From an uncultured Planctomycetaceae bacterium (lineage in GTDB: Bacteria > Planctomycetota > Planctomycetia > Pirellulales > PALSA-1355): 64,000 bases of DNA. This document shows, piece by piece, positions 39,501-48,736 of the stretch. The notes under the pieces were generated by a model. It worked only from the letters and a program-made list of their open reading frames with translations. It searched no databases and was not told where the DNA came from. How positions within the stretch are numbered: the stretch's first letter is position 1; every line of letters starts with the position of its first letter. The stretch lies in assembly GCA_963785305.1 (NCBI GenBank), contig CAWAUV010000007.1:2144001-2208000 (forward strand). The letters run 5' to 3'. The position numbers and the translations under genes were made by a program.

Positions 39501-40281
39501 CCACCACGAACCCCGGCGGCACGCTCACGAAGCTCGGCGCCGTGCGCTCACGCTCACCGGCGCCAATGCCTACACCGGCGCAACGACCATCAGCGCCGGC
39601 GCGCTCTATGTCGACGGCGTGCATGGCTCGGCGACCGGTTATGCCGGGAACTATGGCGTCGCCAGTGGCGCCACGCTGGGTGGCTCCGGCGCGATCAATT
39701 TCGCCACCACCGCCACCAGCGGCGTCACCGTCGCGGCCGGCGGCATCTTTGTTCCCGGCTACAACCCGGCCAATGGCGCTGTTTCCCCGGCCAATAGCAC
39801 GCTGAGTGTCACGACCAACGGCGGCGCCAATGGTGGAACCGCGCTCACGCTCGCCGGCAGCGCGAGTCAGTTCGATGTGAGCCTCACCTCGGGCATGGCC
39901 GTGACCAGCTTCAATGGATCGAGCGCTCCGACCGGCGGTTATGCGTTTCTCAATGCCAACGGCAGCATCGTGAATCTTGACGGACTCGGCGGCTCGAGCG
40001 CCGGCGCCACGCTCATCGTGAGCGCCGATGGCACGGTCGCCGTCGGGCAAAGCTATCTGCTGATCGATCCGAGCAGCCGCAATGGCTCCTTCACCGCCTC
40101 GGGCGTCACCTCCGGCAGCCAATCGCTGCCCTACACGCTCACTTACCTCGGCCCCTCGGGCAACAACGATGTCGTGCTCACGATCGTGCCCGAACCATCG
40201 TCGTGGGCCTTGGCGTCGCTTGCCGCGCTGGGAGCGGTCGCGTGGCGGCTTCGCCGGCGCCGAAGCGAGGCCCGCGCTTAG
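33522..40281 (+). CDS. giant PEP-CTERM protein 3 with autotransporter-associated beta-strand repeats (about 2250 aa; frameshifts near 33626, 34758, 39098 and 39541; in-frame TGA at 33686)
   Basis: Signal peptide, NTYTGAT and QTWTNNS repeats, C-terminal VPEPSSWALASLAALGAVAWRLRRRR. Confidence 0.85.
38130..38497 (+). repeat. 180-bp (60-aa) tandem duplication inside PEP-CTERM gene 3
   Basis: TAG.NLLTFAGSGATTISGTAA..TSAGFTVASGAG.VTISAPVT.GAAQTWTNNS occurs twice with high DNA identity. Confidence 0.85.
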
Positions 40282-40312
40282 CAGCCTGCCGAGATATTCA
40301 GCAGGCGCTTAA
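40279..40312. repeat. short hairpin related to the MITE end at 53865-53895
   Basis: TAGCAGCCTGCCGAGATATTCAGCAGGCGCTTAA; begins with the stop codon of PEP-CTERM gene 3. Confidence 0.5.
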
Positions 40313-40533
40313 CGTCGCCAGTTCGATGTCCGGGATTTCCAGCGCCCGCTCCGCGGACACTCGTTACCCGCGGTGTGCTGGGCCCAGGCCGTCCAACGCG
40401 CTATTGCGCGAACGCCCTGACAAAATAGCAATAAAAATTGCTATATCGGGCCCGCTCGGTTATCGTGAACCGGTTCGCGGTTTCCCGCGATTCCCCCCCC
40501 GTCGACCGGGCCTTTGCGCCGGGAGAATAGGTC

Positions 40534-42187
40534 GTGGCGAGTCTTCGCATTGTTTCCGGCCCCGCGGCCGGGCATAGCTATGTCATGATCGGCGACGAAT
40601 CGGTTGTCGGTCGCGACCAGTTCTGCGAGGTCGTGCTGCCTTCGCACAGTGTCTCGCGGCAACATGCCCGCATCGTGCGCGATGACAACCGCTACTTCAT
40701 CGAGGACCTCAACAGTCTCAACGGCACGTATGTCAACGGCGCGAAGATTTCGCGTCGCACGCCGCTCCGCGATCAAGATCGCATTCACATCTACGAGACC
40801 GTGCTCACGTTTCACGATGGCGTGTTGGGGGCGCCCTCGCCCAATGGCGGCGTGGCGCACAACGACTCCGACGGCGTTCCGACGCTCGAGATGCGCGTGC
40901 TTGGATCTCTCGATGGCAAGGCCGAGCGGCTCGATATCGACGCCGCCTCGAAGCTGCGCGCCGTGCTGGACATCACTCGGCGGCTGGGCCGGATCACCGA
41001 TGTCGACGATTTTCTCCCCCGGGTGCTCGATAGTCTTTTCGAGGTTTTTCCCCAAGCCGAACGCGGCTATATTCTCTTGCCCGACGAATCCAGCGGCTCG
41101 CTTCGGCTCGCGGCCGCCAAGCTCCGCCGCGGCGATTCCGACGGCTCGCTCACGCTCGGGCCGATCAGTCGCACCGTGGCCTCTCGCGTCATGGAGCAGG
41201 GCGAGGCGGTGCTCAGTGTCGGCGCCGGCGCCACGGCCAGCGTGCTCGACGATTCTGATTCGCTCTCGCAAATGTCGGCTCCGCTGATCGGGTCGGTCGA
41301 CCCACCGCTGGGCATTTTACATGTCGAGTCGCAAGACGCGGAGCAAGCGTTCGACGCCGCGGATCTCGATGTGCTGGTGAGCGTGGCGGCCGTGGCGGCC
41401 CATGCCATTGCCCGCGCCGGCGCCCAGGAGGCCCGCCTGCGACTCGACCGCCGCGAACGCGAACTCGCCACGGCCCGCGAAGTGCAGCTTCACTTCTTGC
41501 CGCCCAAAGCGCCCGAGATCGCGGGCTACCATTTCTTCGAGTATTACCGGGCGGCCGACGATGTGGGCGGCGATTACTTCGGCTACATTCCCATGACCGA
41601 TGGCCGGCTGGCGATCGCGATGGGCGATGTGTCGGGCAAGGGCATTTCGGCGGCGCTGCTCGATGGCGCGGCTTTGTTCCGATGTGCGGTTTTGCGTGGC
41701 CACCACCCCCGGCCCGGTCGAGGCGGTGGAGCGACTGCATCGGGAACTGACCGGTCCGGCGCTGGCCGATCGGTTTGTCACATTTCAGCTTCTGGTGCTC
41801 GATCCGAGGGAACATCGGCTCACGGTCGTGAGCGCCGGCCACATGCCGCCCTTGGTGCGTCGCGGCGGCAATGGACTGCTAGAAGAGGTGGGCATCGCCG
41901 AAGCCGGACCGCCGCTCGGCTTCGAGCACTCGCGGCGCTACTCCGGGGCCGAGCTCCAACTCGCGCCGGGCGATACCGTGGTGATGTATACCGACGGTAT
42001 TCGCGACGCCACGAATCGCGCCGGCCGCATCTTCGGTCGCCGCCGCACGATCCAGGCGATCGAACAAGGCGACGGCGCACCGCTCGCGATCGGCGGCGTG
42101 TTGCTCGAAGCGGTGCGAAAACATTGCGCCGGCGGGCCCCAGGCCGACGATATCTGCGTGGTGTGCTTCGGCCGCGACCGCGAATGA
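40534..42187 (+). CDS. FHA + GAF + SpoIIE/PP2C phosphatase; frameshift near 41661
   Basis: FHA: VGRD, VSRQHARI, DLNSLNGTYVNG. GAF: PLIG...LGILHV. PP2C: AREVQ..FLP, VGGDYF, GDVSGKG, SAGHMPPL, YTDGI, DDICVV. Confidence 0.92.
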
Positions 42188-42193
42188 CGCGCG

Positions 42194-42369
42194 CTAGGGC
42201 TTTGTCCCAGTTACAACGATGGATTGGATTCGTTCCGTGTGCCATGCCCACGGCCCCGCGTGGGCATGAGGACTTCGCGTGGCGCTTGAAAACATGCCCA
42301 CTCAAGGCAGTGGGCATGGCACACGCGCAAACCGAATTATCCATCATTTCAGCCGTGAACGAGCACTAG
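42194..42369. mobile_element. CTAG-flanked palindromic MITE/REP doublet
   Basis: CTAG at both ends (42194 and 42366), imperfect end-to-end inverted symmetry, internal GTGTGCCATGCCCAC...GTGGGCATG and CATGCCCAC...GTGGGCATGGCACAC hairpins. Confidence 0.7.
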
Positions 42370-42908
42370 GGCGCGGCGACCGGCGCATTCGGCGCGGGTG
42401 TCGAGATCGTGGTCGAAGCGCCAGCCGCTGGCGCCTTCGCCCCGCCCGGGGGAGTGTTCGCGTCGGTCGTGATCGTCGAGCCCGGGAGCGGCGGCGCGGG
42501 CTCGCCGCGAGGCCGGGCCGAGATTCGCTGATAGCGCGCATGCAGTTCGTGGATTTCCGCCTCGCTGAGCCGCTCGATATCGATCAAACGGTCGCTCGCG
42601 CCGTCGAGCGAGGACACAATCTCGTTGAGCTTGAGCTGCACGGCCATCGACTCTTTGTTTTGCGCACGTTGAATCAAGAAGACCATGAGAAACGTGACCA
42701 CCGAGGTCAAGGTGTTGACCGCCAATTGCCAGGTGTCGCTGTAATCGAAGATTGGTCCGGTAATGGCCCAAACCGCGAGCACGGCCAAAGCGGCGCCAAA
42801 TGCCCAGGAACTGCCGGTCCAGGCGATGGCCCGCTCGCCAAGGTATTCGGCCAGCGTGGTTTTGCGCCGCGGGGGCACGGCGCTATTCTCCGGCGACATC
42901 GCCATCAT
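42366..42908 (-). CDS. low-affinity iron permease family protein (Fet4-like)
   Basis: GSSWAF, W.ITGP.F.YSDTWQL.VNT.T.VVTFLMVFLIQ..QN.ES.A.QLKLNE. An alternative TTG start lies at 42992. Confidence 0.9.
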   Translation of the reverse strand: MMAMSPENSAVPPRRKTTLAEYLGERAIAWTGSSWAFGAALAVLAVWAITGPIFDYSDTWQLAVNTLTSVVTFLMVFLIQRAQNKESMAVQLKLNEIVSSLDGASDRLIDIERLSEAEIHELHARYQRISARPRGEPAPPLPGSTITTDANTPPGGAKAPAAGASTTISTPAPNAPVAAP

Positions 42909-42988
42909 GTGCCCATTATCTGCTTGGTGTCGGAAGTGATTGAAAGAGAAACGTGAAGGCGCCGGCCCGACCTTGGCGCGGCTGCCTT

Positions 42989-44209
42989 TCAAAACGCGTC
43001 GAGCTCGTCCATCAGCGCGTCGAGGTCGTCTTTCGGTCCCGAGGGCTTATCGGCTTGGCGCTTGGGTATGCCCACGGCGAGCCCCACCGCGTCGCGGCCC
43101 ACGGCCACCAGCTCCACGTCGCGCTCTTGAGCCGCCAATTCGACCGCGCTCGGGGCGCCGAACAATTGCGAAAGGTCGATCTTGATCCCGCCGGCCGCTT
43201 CGCCCTCGCTGCCCGCGATCGCGGGGGTCTTGTGCTGCGGAAACATGATCGCATTGGCCGGACACACTCGGCTACAAGCCGGGCAACCCTTGCGACAATT
43301 GTCGGGCTGTTCGACCAGAATCATCTCCGCCCGATCGACGCCATACACGCCGAACAGGCAAAAATCGATGCACTCCATGCAATTCGTGCAGCGGCTATAA
43401 TCGATCACCGGATACCAGCGCCGCTCGGCGGTCTCGGCGATGCGGGTCGGCCCGGTGGCGGCGGAATCGGCGCCGTGCGATCCATTTTCGCTCACGCCGT
43501 TTGCCGAGTGGGCCGCGACGCGAGCCAGCCCCATTGTCGCGGCGGCGCTCGCCGCGCCGAAGAGATCGATAAATCCCGCCGGCGCTTGCGCCGCGGTCGT
43601 GGGGTCGATCGCGACATCGATCGCGGGTTCGACCGGCGCTCGACGCGCTTCGATCGCGGGCGATTCCGAGCGGCGGTTCGGACCAAGGCCGATCGACACC
43701 AGCTCGACCGACGCCGCCGCCACGATCCGCCGAATCTCGGTCAGATACGGCTCGGCGTCGCGATGAGCGCGAAGGTCGAGACAGTAGATCGCGCGATCGG
43801 GCGTCGGCCGCTTGGACTCGACCGCGAGAGTCGCGTCGCGTGCCTCATCGGTCCCGCCAGCATCGTCGGCGTCGCGCGAACCGTCGGAATTCTCCTCGTC
43901 GTCGTGGTCTTCTTCGTCGGCTTCGGCGGCCAACTGCGTGCGACCTTCGCGGCCGCGAACGCCTTGGCGATCAAGTGTCCAAAACGCCGCGCGCGGAAAC
44001 AGCCAACTCGCCACGATCATGTCGCCGCGAATGCCTTCGAGACACAAAGCGCCGGTCGAGCCGGGCGCAAGGTCGTATAAGTGGGGCACGACCACCACTT
44101 CAATGCCCGCGGCGCCCAAGAGCCCGGCCACGAGCGATTCTTCCAATCGCCGCTTGTCGGGCTGAGCGCTCTGCCCCTGGGAAATGACTACCGTGATGCG
44201 TTTGGCCAT
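42989..44209 (-). CDS. multidomain 2x[4Fe-4S] ferredoxin-family protein
   Basis: RWYPVIDYSRCTNCMECIDFCLFGVY and CRKGCPACSRVCP; N-terminal alpha/beta domain (PHLYDL, SWLFPRAA.W); acidic linker. Confidence 0.85.
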   Translation of the reverse strand: MAKRITVVISQGQSAQPDKRRLEESLVAGLLGAAGIEVVVVPHLYDLAPGSTGALCLEGIRGDMIVASWLFPRAAFWTLDRQGVRGREGRTQLAAEADEEDHDDEENSDGSRDADDAGGTDEARDATLAVESKRPTPDRAIYCLDLRAHRDAEPYLTEIRRIVAAASVELVSIGLGPNRRSESPAIEARRAPVEPAIDVAIDPTTAAQAPAGFIDLFGAASAAATMGLARVAAHSANGVSENGSHGADSAATGPTRIAETAERRWYPVIDYSRCTNCMECIDFCLFGVYGVDRAEMILVEQPDNCRKGCPACSRVCPANAIMFPQHKTPAIAGSEGEAAGGIKIDLSQLFGAPSAVELAAQERDVELVAVGRDAVGLAVGIPKRQADKPSGPKDDLDALMDELDAF

Positions 44210-44294
44210 AACAATATCGTATCCCGTTTGCATGGAAGTCGCGATCTTGGCCCGGCGAAACGCGGGCAAAAATCCAGGTGGGGCAGCGTTCGGT

Positions 44295-44772
44295 TCAGTC
44301 GTTCATTTGTCCCTTGATCGCGCGCTCGGCGATCTTCCAGGCCGCCGCGAGATGCACAAGATATTCCTCGGGCGAAAGCAACTCACGGCCCTGGCCCGAC
44401 ATTTCGAATAGCCATCCGCGCCCATGGGCATCGACATTCACGGCGCCGGATCGCCGAGCGTCTCGGCGTTGAAGGACTCGAGCCGGCCCGCGATCGGGGC
44501 GAACAATTCGCTTTCCGCTTTCGAGCTCTCGATCGAGCCGATCGACTGGCGCTCGACGAGGGCGGCGCCTGCGTCGATCGTCCAATCGAGAAAGTATACA
44601 TCCTGAAGCAGCCGCACGGCGTAGGCGGTGAAGCCAAATCGCCAGAGGCCGCCGCATGGCCGAGCCCACATGTGGTTCTTCGCATAGCGGCGATCCACGG
44701 GAATCGTGGCCTCGAATCGCCCCATGGCGAAATTCAGCGACGGCGGCGCGTCGTCGGCCTCGGCGCGCTCAT
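44295..44772 (-). CDS. GcvH-like lipoyl-domain carrier protein (frameshifts near 44445 and 44765)
   Basis: P.DRRY.KNHMWA, RFGFTAYA..LL.DVYF, GSIESSKAESELFAP..G with the lipoyl-position Lys, VN.D..G.GWLFEM, LLSPEEY. ATGA overlap with the radical SAM stop. Confidence 0.85.
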
Positions 44773-46076
44773 GTGTAGCGCACTCCGCGATGTTCGGGCT
44801 CGAAGAAGGCCGGCAACAGGGCGTCGACCCGGAGCAGCCCCTCGCGCGTGAGCAAGACCCGATCGTCTTCCACTCGCAGATAGCCGTCTTCTTGATATTC
44901 ATGCCAGACGTCGCGCCAGTGTTCGAGGATATCGACATCGAACTTGCGCTGGAAGTAACCAGCTTCGAGACGGCCGGTCTTGAGTTGCAACACGAGCTCG
45001 CGCACCAGCCGTTGATGCGGGGTCGGCCGCATCCCGCGCGAGAGCGGCAGCTCGCCCCGATCAAGCGCACCGACATAGCCGGCCCAGTCGGGTTGGTTTT
45101 GATAATGCACCCCCGAGGCATGCCCGAAGCTTGCCACGCCGGTGGCCAACAAATCCGCGCCTTGCCAGAGATTGTCGCGGTAGCTGAAGTTGATTTTGTG
45201 TTTGTCTTTCACGAGCGTGTAACCGCTCGACACGCCGTAGCCTGCCGCTTCGAACACGTCGAAGGCATAGGCGACCCAGGCCCGCTTGGTCGCCCAATCG
45301 GCCACGGGCGTTTCGATCTTGTTGCCGAGAATGTCCTTGGAATACACCGTGTTGAACGGCAGTTCCATTTGATAGATGGTGACACTATCGGGTTCCAGCG
45401 TCAGGGTCTTGGCGACGGAGTCTTTCCAGTTATCCCAAGTCTCGCCGACCATACCCGAGATCAGGTCGATATTCACATTCGGAAAGTCCGCGGCGCGAAT
45501 CCAGTCCCAGGCTTTGTAGACTTCGGCCGAGAGATGGGCCCGGCCGTTTTCCTCAAGCACGGCGTCGCCGAAGTTTTCCACTCCCAAGCTCAGCCGCGTG
45601 ACGCCGAGCGACTTGAGCGTGGCCACCTTGGGCTGCGAGAGGGTGCCAGGCTCGCATTCGAAAGTGACTTCCTCGGCCTGATCCCAATTGATATTGGCCC
45701 GCAACCGGTCGACAAGCGACGTGAGTTGCTTGGCGCTGAGAAATGAAGGAGTGCCGCCACCGAAGTAGACGAAGCGAAACGGCCGCCCGCCCATGACCGG
45801 CAATCGGCTCACGAGCTCGATCTCGCGCGACAGGGCCGCGACATAGGTTTCCACATCGCTCGCGTTTTTGTCGGTGTACACGCGAAAGTAGCAGAACTTG
45901 CATCGCTTGCGGCAGAAGGGAATATGCAAATACAGTCCGAGCGGCGTGGGCGCTAGCGGGGGCGACTCGAGCACCGCGCGCACATCGACGAGCGCCTCGG
46001 CCGACCACCGCGAAAACGGCGGGTAGTTCGAAATAAAGTAACTGCCGACTTCGGTCTTGCTGGTTTCCGTGGCCAT
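44769..46076 (-). CDS. HemN/HemW-like radical SAM protein
   Basis: LYLHIPFCRKRCKFCYF (CxxxCxxC), YFGGGTPS, TFECEPGT, RLSLGVE, NIDLISG.VGET, C-terminal LTREGLL. Confidence 0.9.
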   Translation of the reverse strand: MATETSKTEVGSYFISNYPPFSRWSAEALVDVRAVLESPPLAPTPLGLYLHIPFCRKRCKFCYFRVYTDKNASDVETYVAALSREIELVSRLPVMGGRPFRFVYFGGGTPSFLSAKQLTSLVDRLRANINWDQAEEVTFECEPGTLSQPKVATLKSLGVTRLSLGVENFGDAVLEENGRAHLSAEVYKAWDWIRAADFPNVNIDLISGMVGETWDNWKDSVAKTLTLEPDSVTIYQMELPFNTVYSKDILGNKIETPVADWATKRAWVAYAFDVFEAAGYGVSSGYTLVKDKHKINFSYRDNLWQGADLLATGVASFGHASGVHYQNQPDWAGYVGALDRGELPLSRGMRPTPHQRLVRELVLQLKTGRLEAGYFQRKFDVDILEHWRDVWHEYQEDGYLRVEDDRVLLTREGLLRVDALLPAFFEPEHRGVRYT

Positions 46077-46144
46077 CGACAGAACGCTCCGCGAGAAGGA
46101 ATGCAACCTGTTTTTCCAGCGCCGTGTTCGGGCGGCCCGCTCGT

Positions 46145-47419
46145 TTATCTTACACGCTCCGCCGCCGCTTTGCTCGGCTCGGGCTGGGCGGAATTGCCTC
46201 CAAAACACCAGAGCGCGCCTTTCGAGGCCCCGATCACGAGCTTGCCCTCGGCCACGGCCGGCGAGGCGACGATCTCGCCCCCCGCATCGAACTGCCAAAC
46301 CGGGCGGCCGCTTTTGCGATCCACGGCCGTGAGCCGGCCATCGGACGAGCCAAAAAAGATTCTTTCGCCCACGAGCACCGGCGAGGAATCGACGCGGCCC
46401 TTGGCGGCGAAGCTCCACAGCTTGTGACCATCGATCGGCGACACGGCATGCACCTGTTTGTCGCGCCCTCCGTAGACCACGAGCCCCTCGGCCACGGCCG
46501 CCGAACTGCGCAGCGGCTGGCTCCGCTCGGCGCGAACTTTCCACGCGATCTTGGCCTGCCGCCAATCGACGCCATAGAAAGAGCCGCCCTCGGTTCCAAA
46601 AAACGCCATATCGCCTAGCACCGCGGGAGTCGAGCCCGTGGGACCATCGATGGTCACCGCGTCGATCGCTTCGCCCGTGTCGAGATTGATCATGTGGAGC
46701 TTGCCATCGCAACCGGCGATGAAGGCGCGATTTTCCACCACCGTGGGCGAACATCGAATCTGATCGCCGATCGTGTGCTTCCAGGCTTCGCGACCGGTGG
46801 CGGCCTCGAAGGCACGGAGCGAGGCGTCTTGCGAGCCGACGAGCACCAGGTCGCGATAGAAATTGGCGGCCGAGTCGATTTCGGCGCCGGTCGAGGCGCT
46901 CCATAGTTCCTTGCCATCGCGCGTGTCGAAGGCATGAAAGCCGCCGTCGGCGTCGCCGACGAATACTCGGCCATCGCGCACCGCCGCCGTGGCGACGTAC
47001 GCGGTTTTCGCGCGATGCTTCCAAAGCTCCCGGCCGGTGGCCAATTCCAGCGCCGCGAACTCGCCATCGAGATCGCCGATATATACCACGCCGCCTTCAA
47101 TGACCGCCGTGGCCTCGTAGCCGCTCTTTTGCGGAACACGCTTCCAGACCACGTTCAACGATTCGGGCAGCGGCGATTCGGCCACGCCGGTGGCTTGGGC
47201 ATTGCCGCGAAAGAGCGGCCAATCGGCGCCCGGTTTATGTTCGGCGGCCCCGGCCAAGGGCGGCGCCATCGCCGCGAGCAACGCGCCGATGGACAACGCG
47301 CCGATAGAAATGGCGCCGATAGACATTGCGCCGGCGTCCAGCGCGTCCATGCGCGCGATTGCCGGCCAATGCTTTGCCCGCCGAAGGCGGTGGACACTTT
47401 GCGCGGTCAGGGTTTTCAA
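46145..47419 (-). CDS. exported PQQ-binding-like (BamB-like) beta-propeller protein; start uncertain
   Basis: Hydrophobic leader (SIGA x3), DWPLFRGN, about 8 blades of the form SSP.V..G.V..G..DG...A.D..TG...W. A TTG at 47419 overlaps the ADH stop. Confidence 0.88.
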   Translation of the reverse strand: MKTLTAQSVHRLRRAKHWPAIARMDALDAGAMSIGAISIGALSIGALLAAMAPPLAGAAEHKPGADWPLFRGNAQATGVAESPLPESLNVVWKRVPQKSGYEATAVIEGGVVYIGDLDGEFAALELATGRELWKHRAKTAYVATAAVRDGRVFVGDADGGFHAFDTRDGKELWSASTGAEIDSAANFYRDLVLVGSQDASLRAFEAATGREAWKHTIGDQIRCSPTVVENRAFIAGCDGKLHMINLDTGEAIDAVTIDGPTGSTPAVLGDMAFFGTEGGSFYGVDWRQAKIAWKVRAERSQPLRSSAAVAEGLVVYGGRDKQVHAVSPIDGHKLWSFAAKGRVDSSPVLVGERIFFGSSDGRLTAVDRKSGRPVWQFDAGGEIVASPAVAEGKLVIGASKGALWCFGGNSAQPEPSKAAAERVR

Positions 47420-48568
47420 AACGCCGCCTCGTAGAGAGATAAGAGCTCCGGCTCGCTCACCGGCCGGGGATTGAAACTGCCGGTCCATTGCGTGGCCGCT
47501 TCACTGGCAAGCCGCGGCAAGCGGTCCCGCTCGACACCGCTCGCCGAGAGCTTGGCCGGCAATCCCGCCTCGCTCACGAGGCTCGCCACGAAGTCGGCCA
47601 GCCCGGCGGACCCCGCGTCGACGCGCGGGAAACCGTGGACCCCGGCCACTCCCAAGAGTAGTTCGTGATACCAATCGCCAAACTGCTCGCCATTGAAACG
47701 GATCACATGCGGCAACATCATGCCGATCGCCTGTCCATGCACGATGCCGTAGTTCGCCGTGAGCGGATTGGCCAGCGCATGCGCGGCGCCCAACATCGAA
47801 TTCTCGATCGCCAGCCCGGCGAAGCAGAGCGCCAAGCTGCATGCCGGACCGGGCTTCGAGGTCGTCGGGCGAACGGAGCACGCGCGAAAAGTTCTCGCCC
47901 AAGAGCGACCAAGCTTCGCGGCTAAAGGCCAACGACATCGGGCTCCGGGCCTTGGTCACATAGGTTTCGAGCGCGTGCGAGAGGGCATCGATTCCGGTCA
48001 GGGCCGTCACGCTCGGCGGCTGCGAGAGCGTGAGCGTGGGATCGAGAATCGCCACACGAAAAGCCGCCTTCTTGTCGCCGCAGGCCATCTTCGCATGGGT
48101 CACGGCATCGGAGATCAGGGCAAACGATTGGGTTTCGCTGCCGGTGCCGGCCGTGGTGGGCGCGGCGATCATCGGCAGCATCGGCTTGGTGGCCTTGCCC
48201 ACGCCCCAATAGTCCTGCATCCGACCGCCGCAGGAATGAATGAAATTGATGCCTTTGGCGCAATCCATCGAACTGCCGCCGCCCAGGCCCACGATCAGGT
48301 CGGGCAGCCATTCGCGCGCGTGCTCGACGCCCTCGGCCACATGCCGCGTGGTCGGATTCTCGCGCACTCCGTCGAACAGTTCACATTCGACCCCGGCCGC
48401 GCGAAGCGACTCCATGCCGGCCGCCACATGCCCGATGGCCACAATGCCGGGATCGCTCACCACCAATGCCCGCCGTGCGCCGAACTCGGCCGCGAGCGAT
48501 CCGAGCGATTCGATCGTGCGCGGACCAAACACGATCCGAGTGCGAGATTGAAAGTCAAACGGTTTCAC
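47416..48568 (-). CDS. iron-containing alcohol dehydrogenase; frameshift near 47828
   Basis: [54 protein letters not shown]. The metal-binding Asp and His residues are intact. Confidence 0.93.
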
Positions 48569-48736
48569 GCGAGCTCGTGGGGTTCAAGAAAGCGATAAAT
48601 TCCGGGCAGGCTTGATTTCCAAGGAGGGCTCTGGCGTCGCGGTGGGCAGGAAGGAACTCTGGGGGGGGTAATCGCCGTGGGCAGTTAAACGTCGGATTTC
48701 ACGATAGCGGCGGTGCGCCGTGGCGACGCGGGCCAT

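Noticed and set aside
17664..40281. SGAT/TGAT strings in PEP-CTERM proteins as ApbE flavinylation sites
   Set aside because: They belong to NTYTGAT autotransporter-associated repeats and generally lack the upstream Asp of the Dxx(S/T)GA(T/S) motif.
44295..44772. Calling the carrier canonical gcvH
   Set aside because: No gcvT/gcvP adjacent, and the sequence around the Lys and at the C-terminus is divergent.
44769..46076. Calling the radical SAM gene hemN or hemW
   Set aside because: The family motifs are shared with many non-heme enzymes, and the context has no heme genes.
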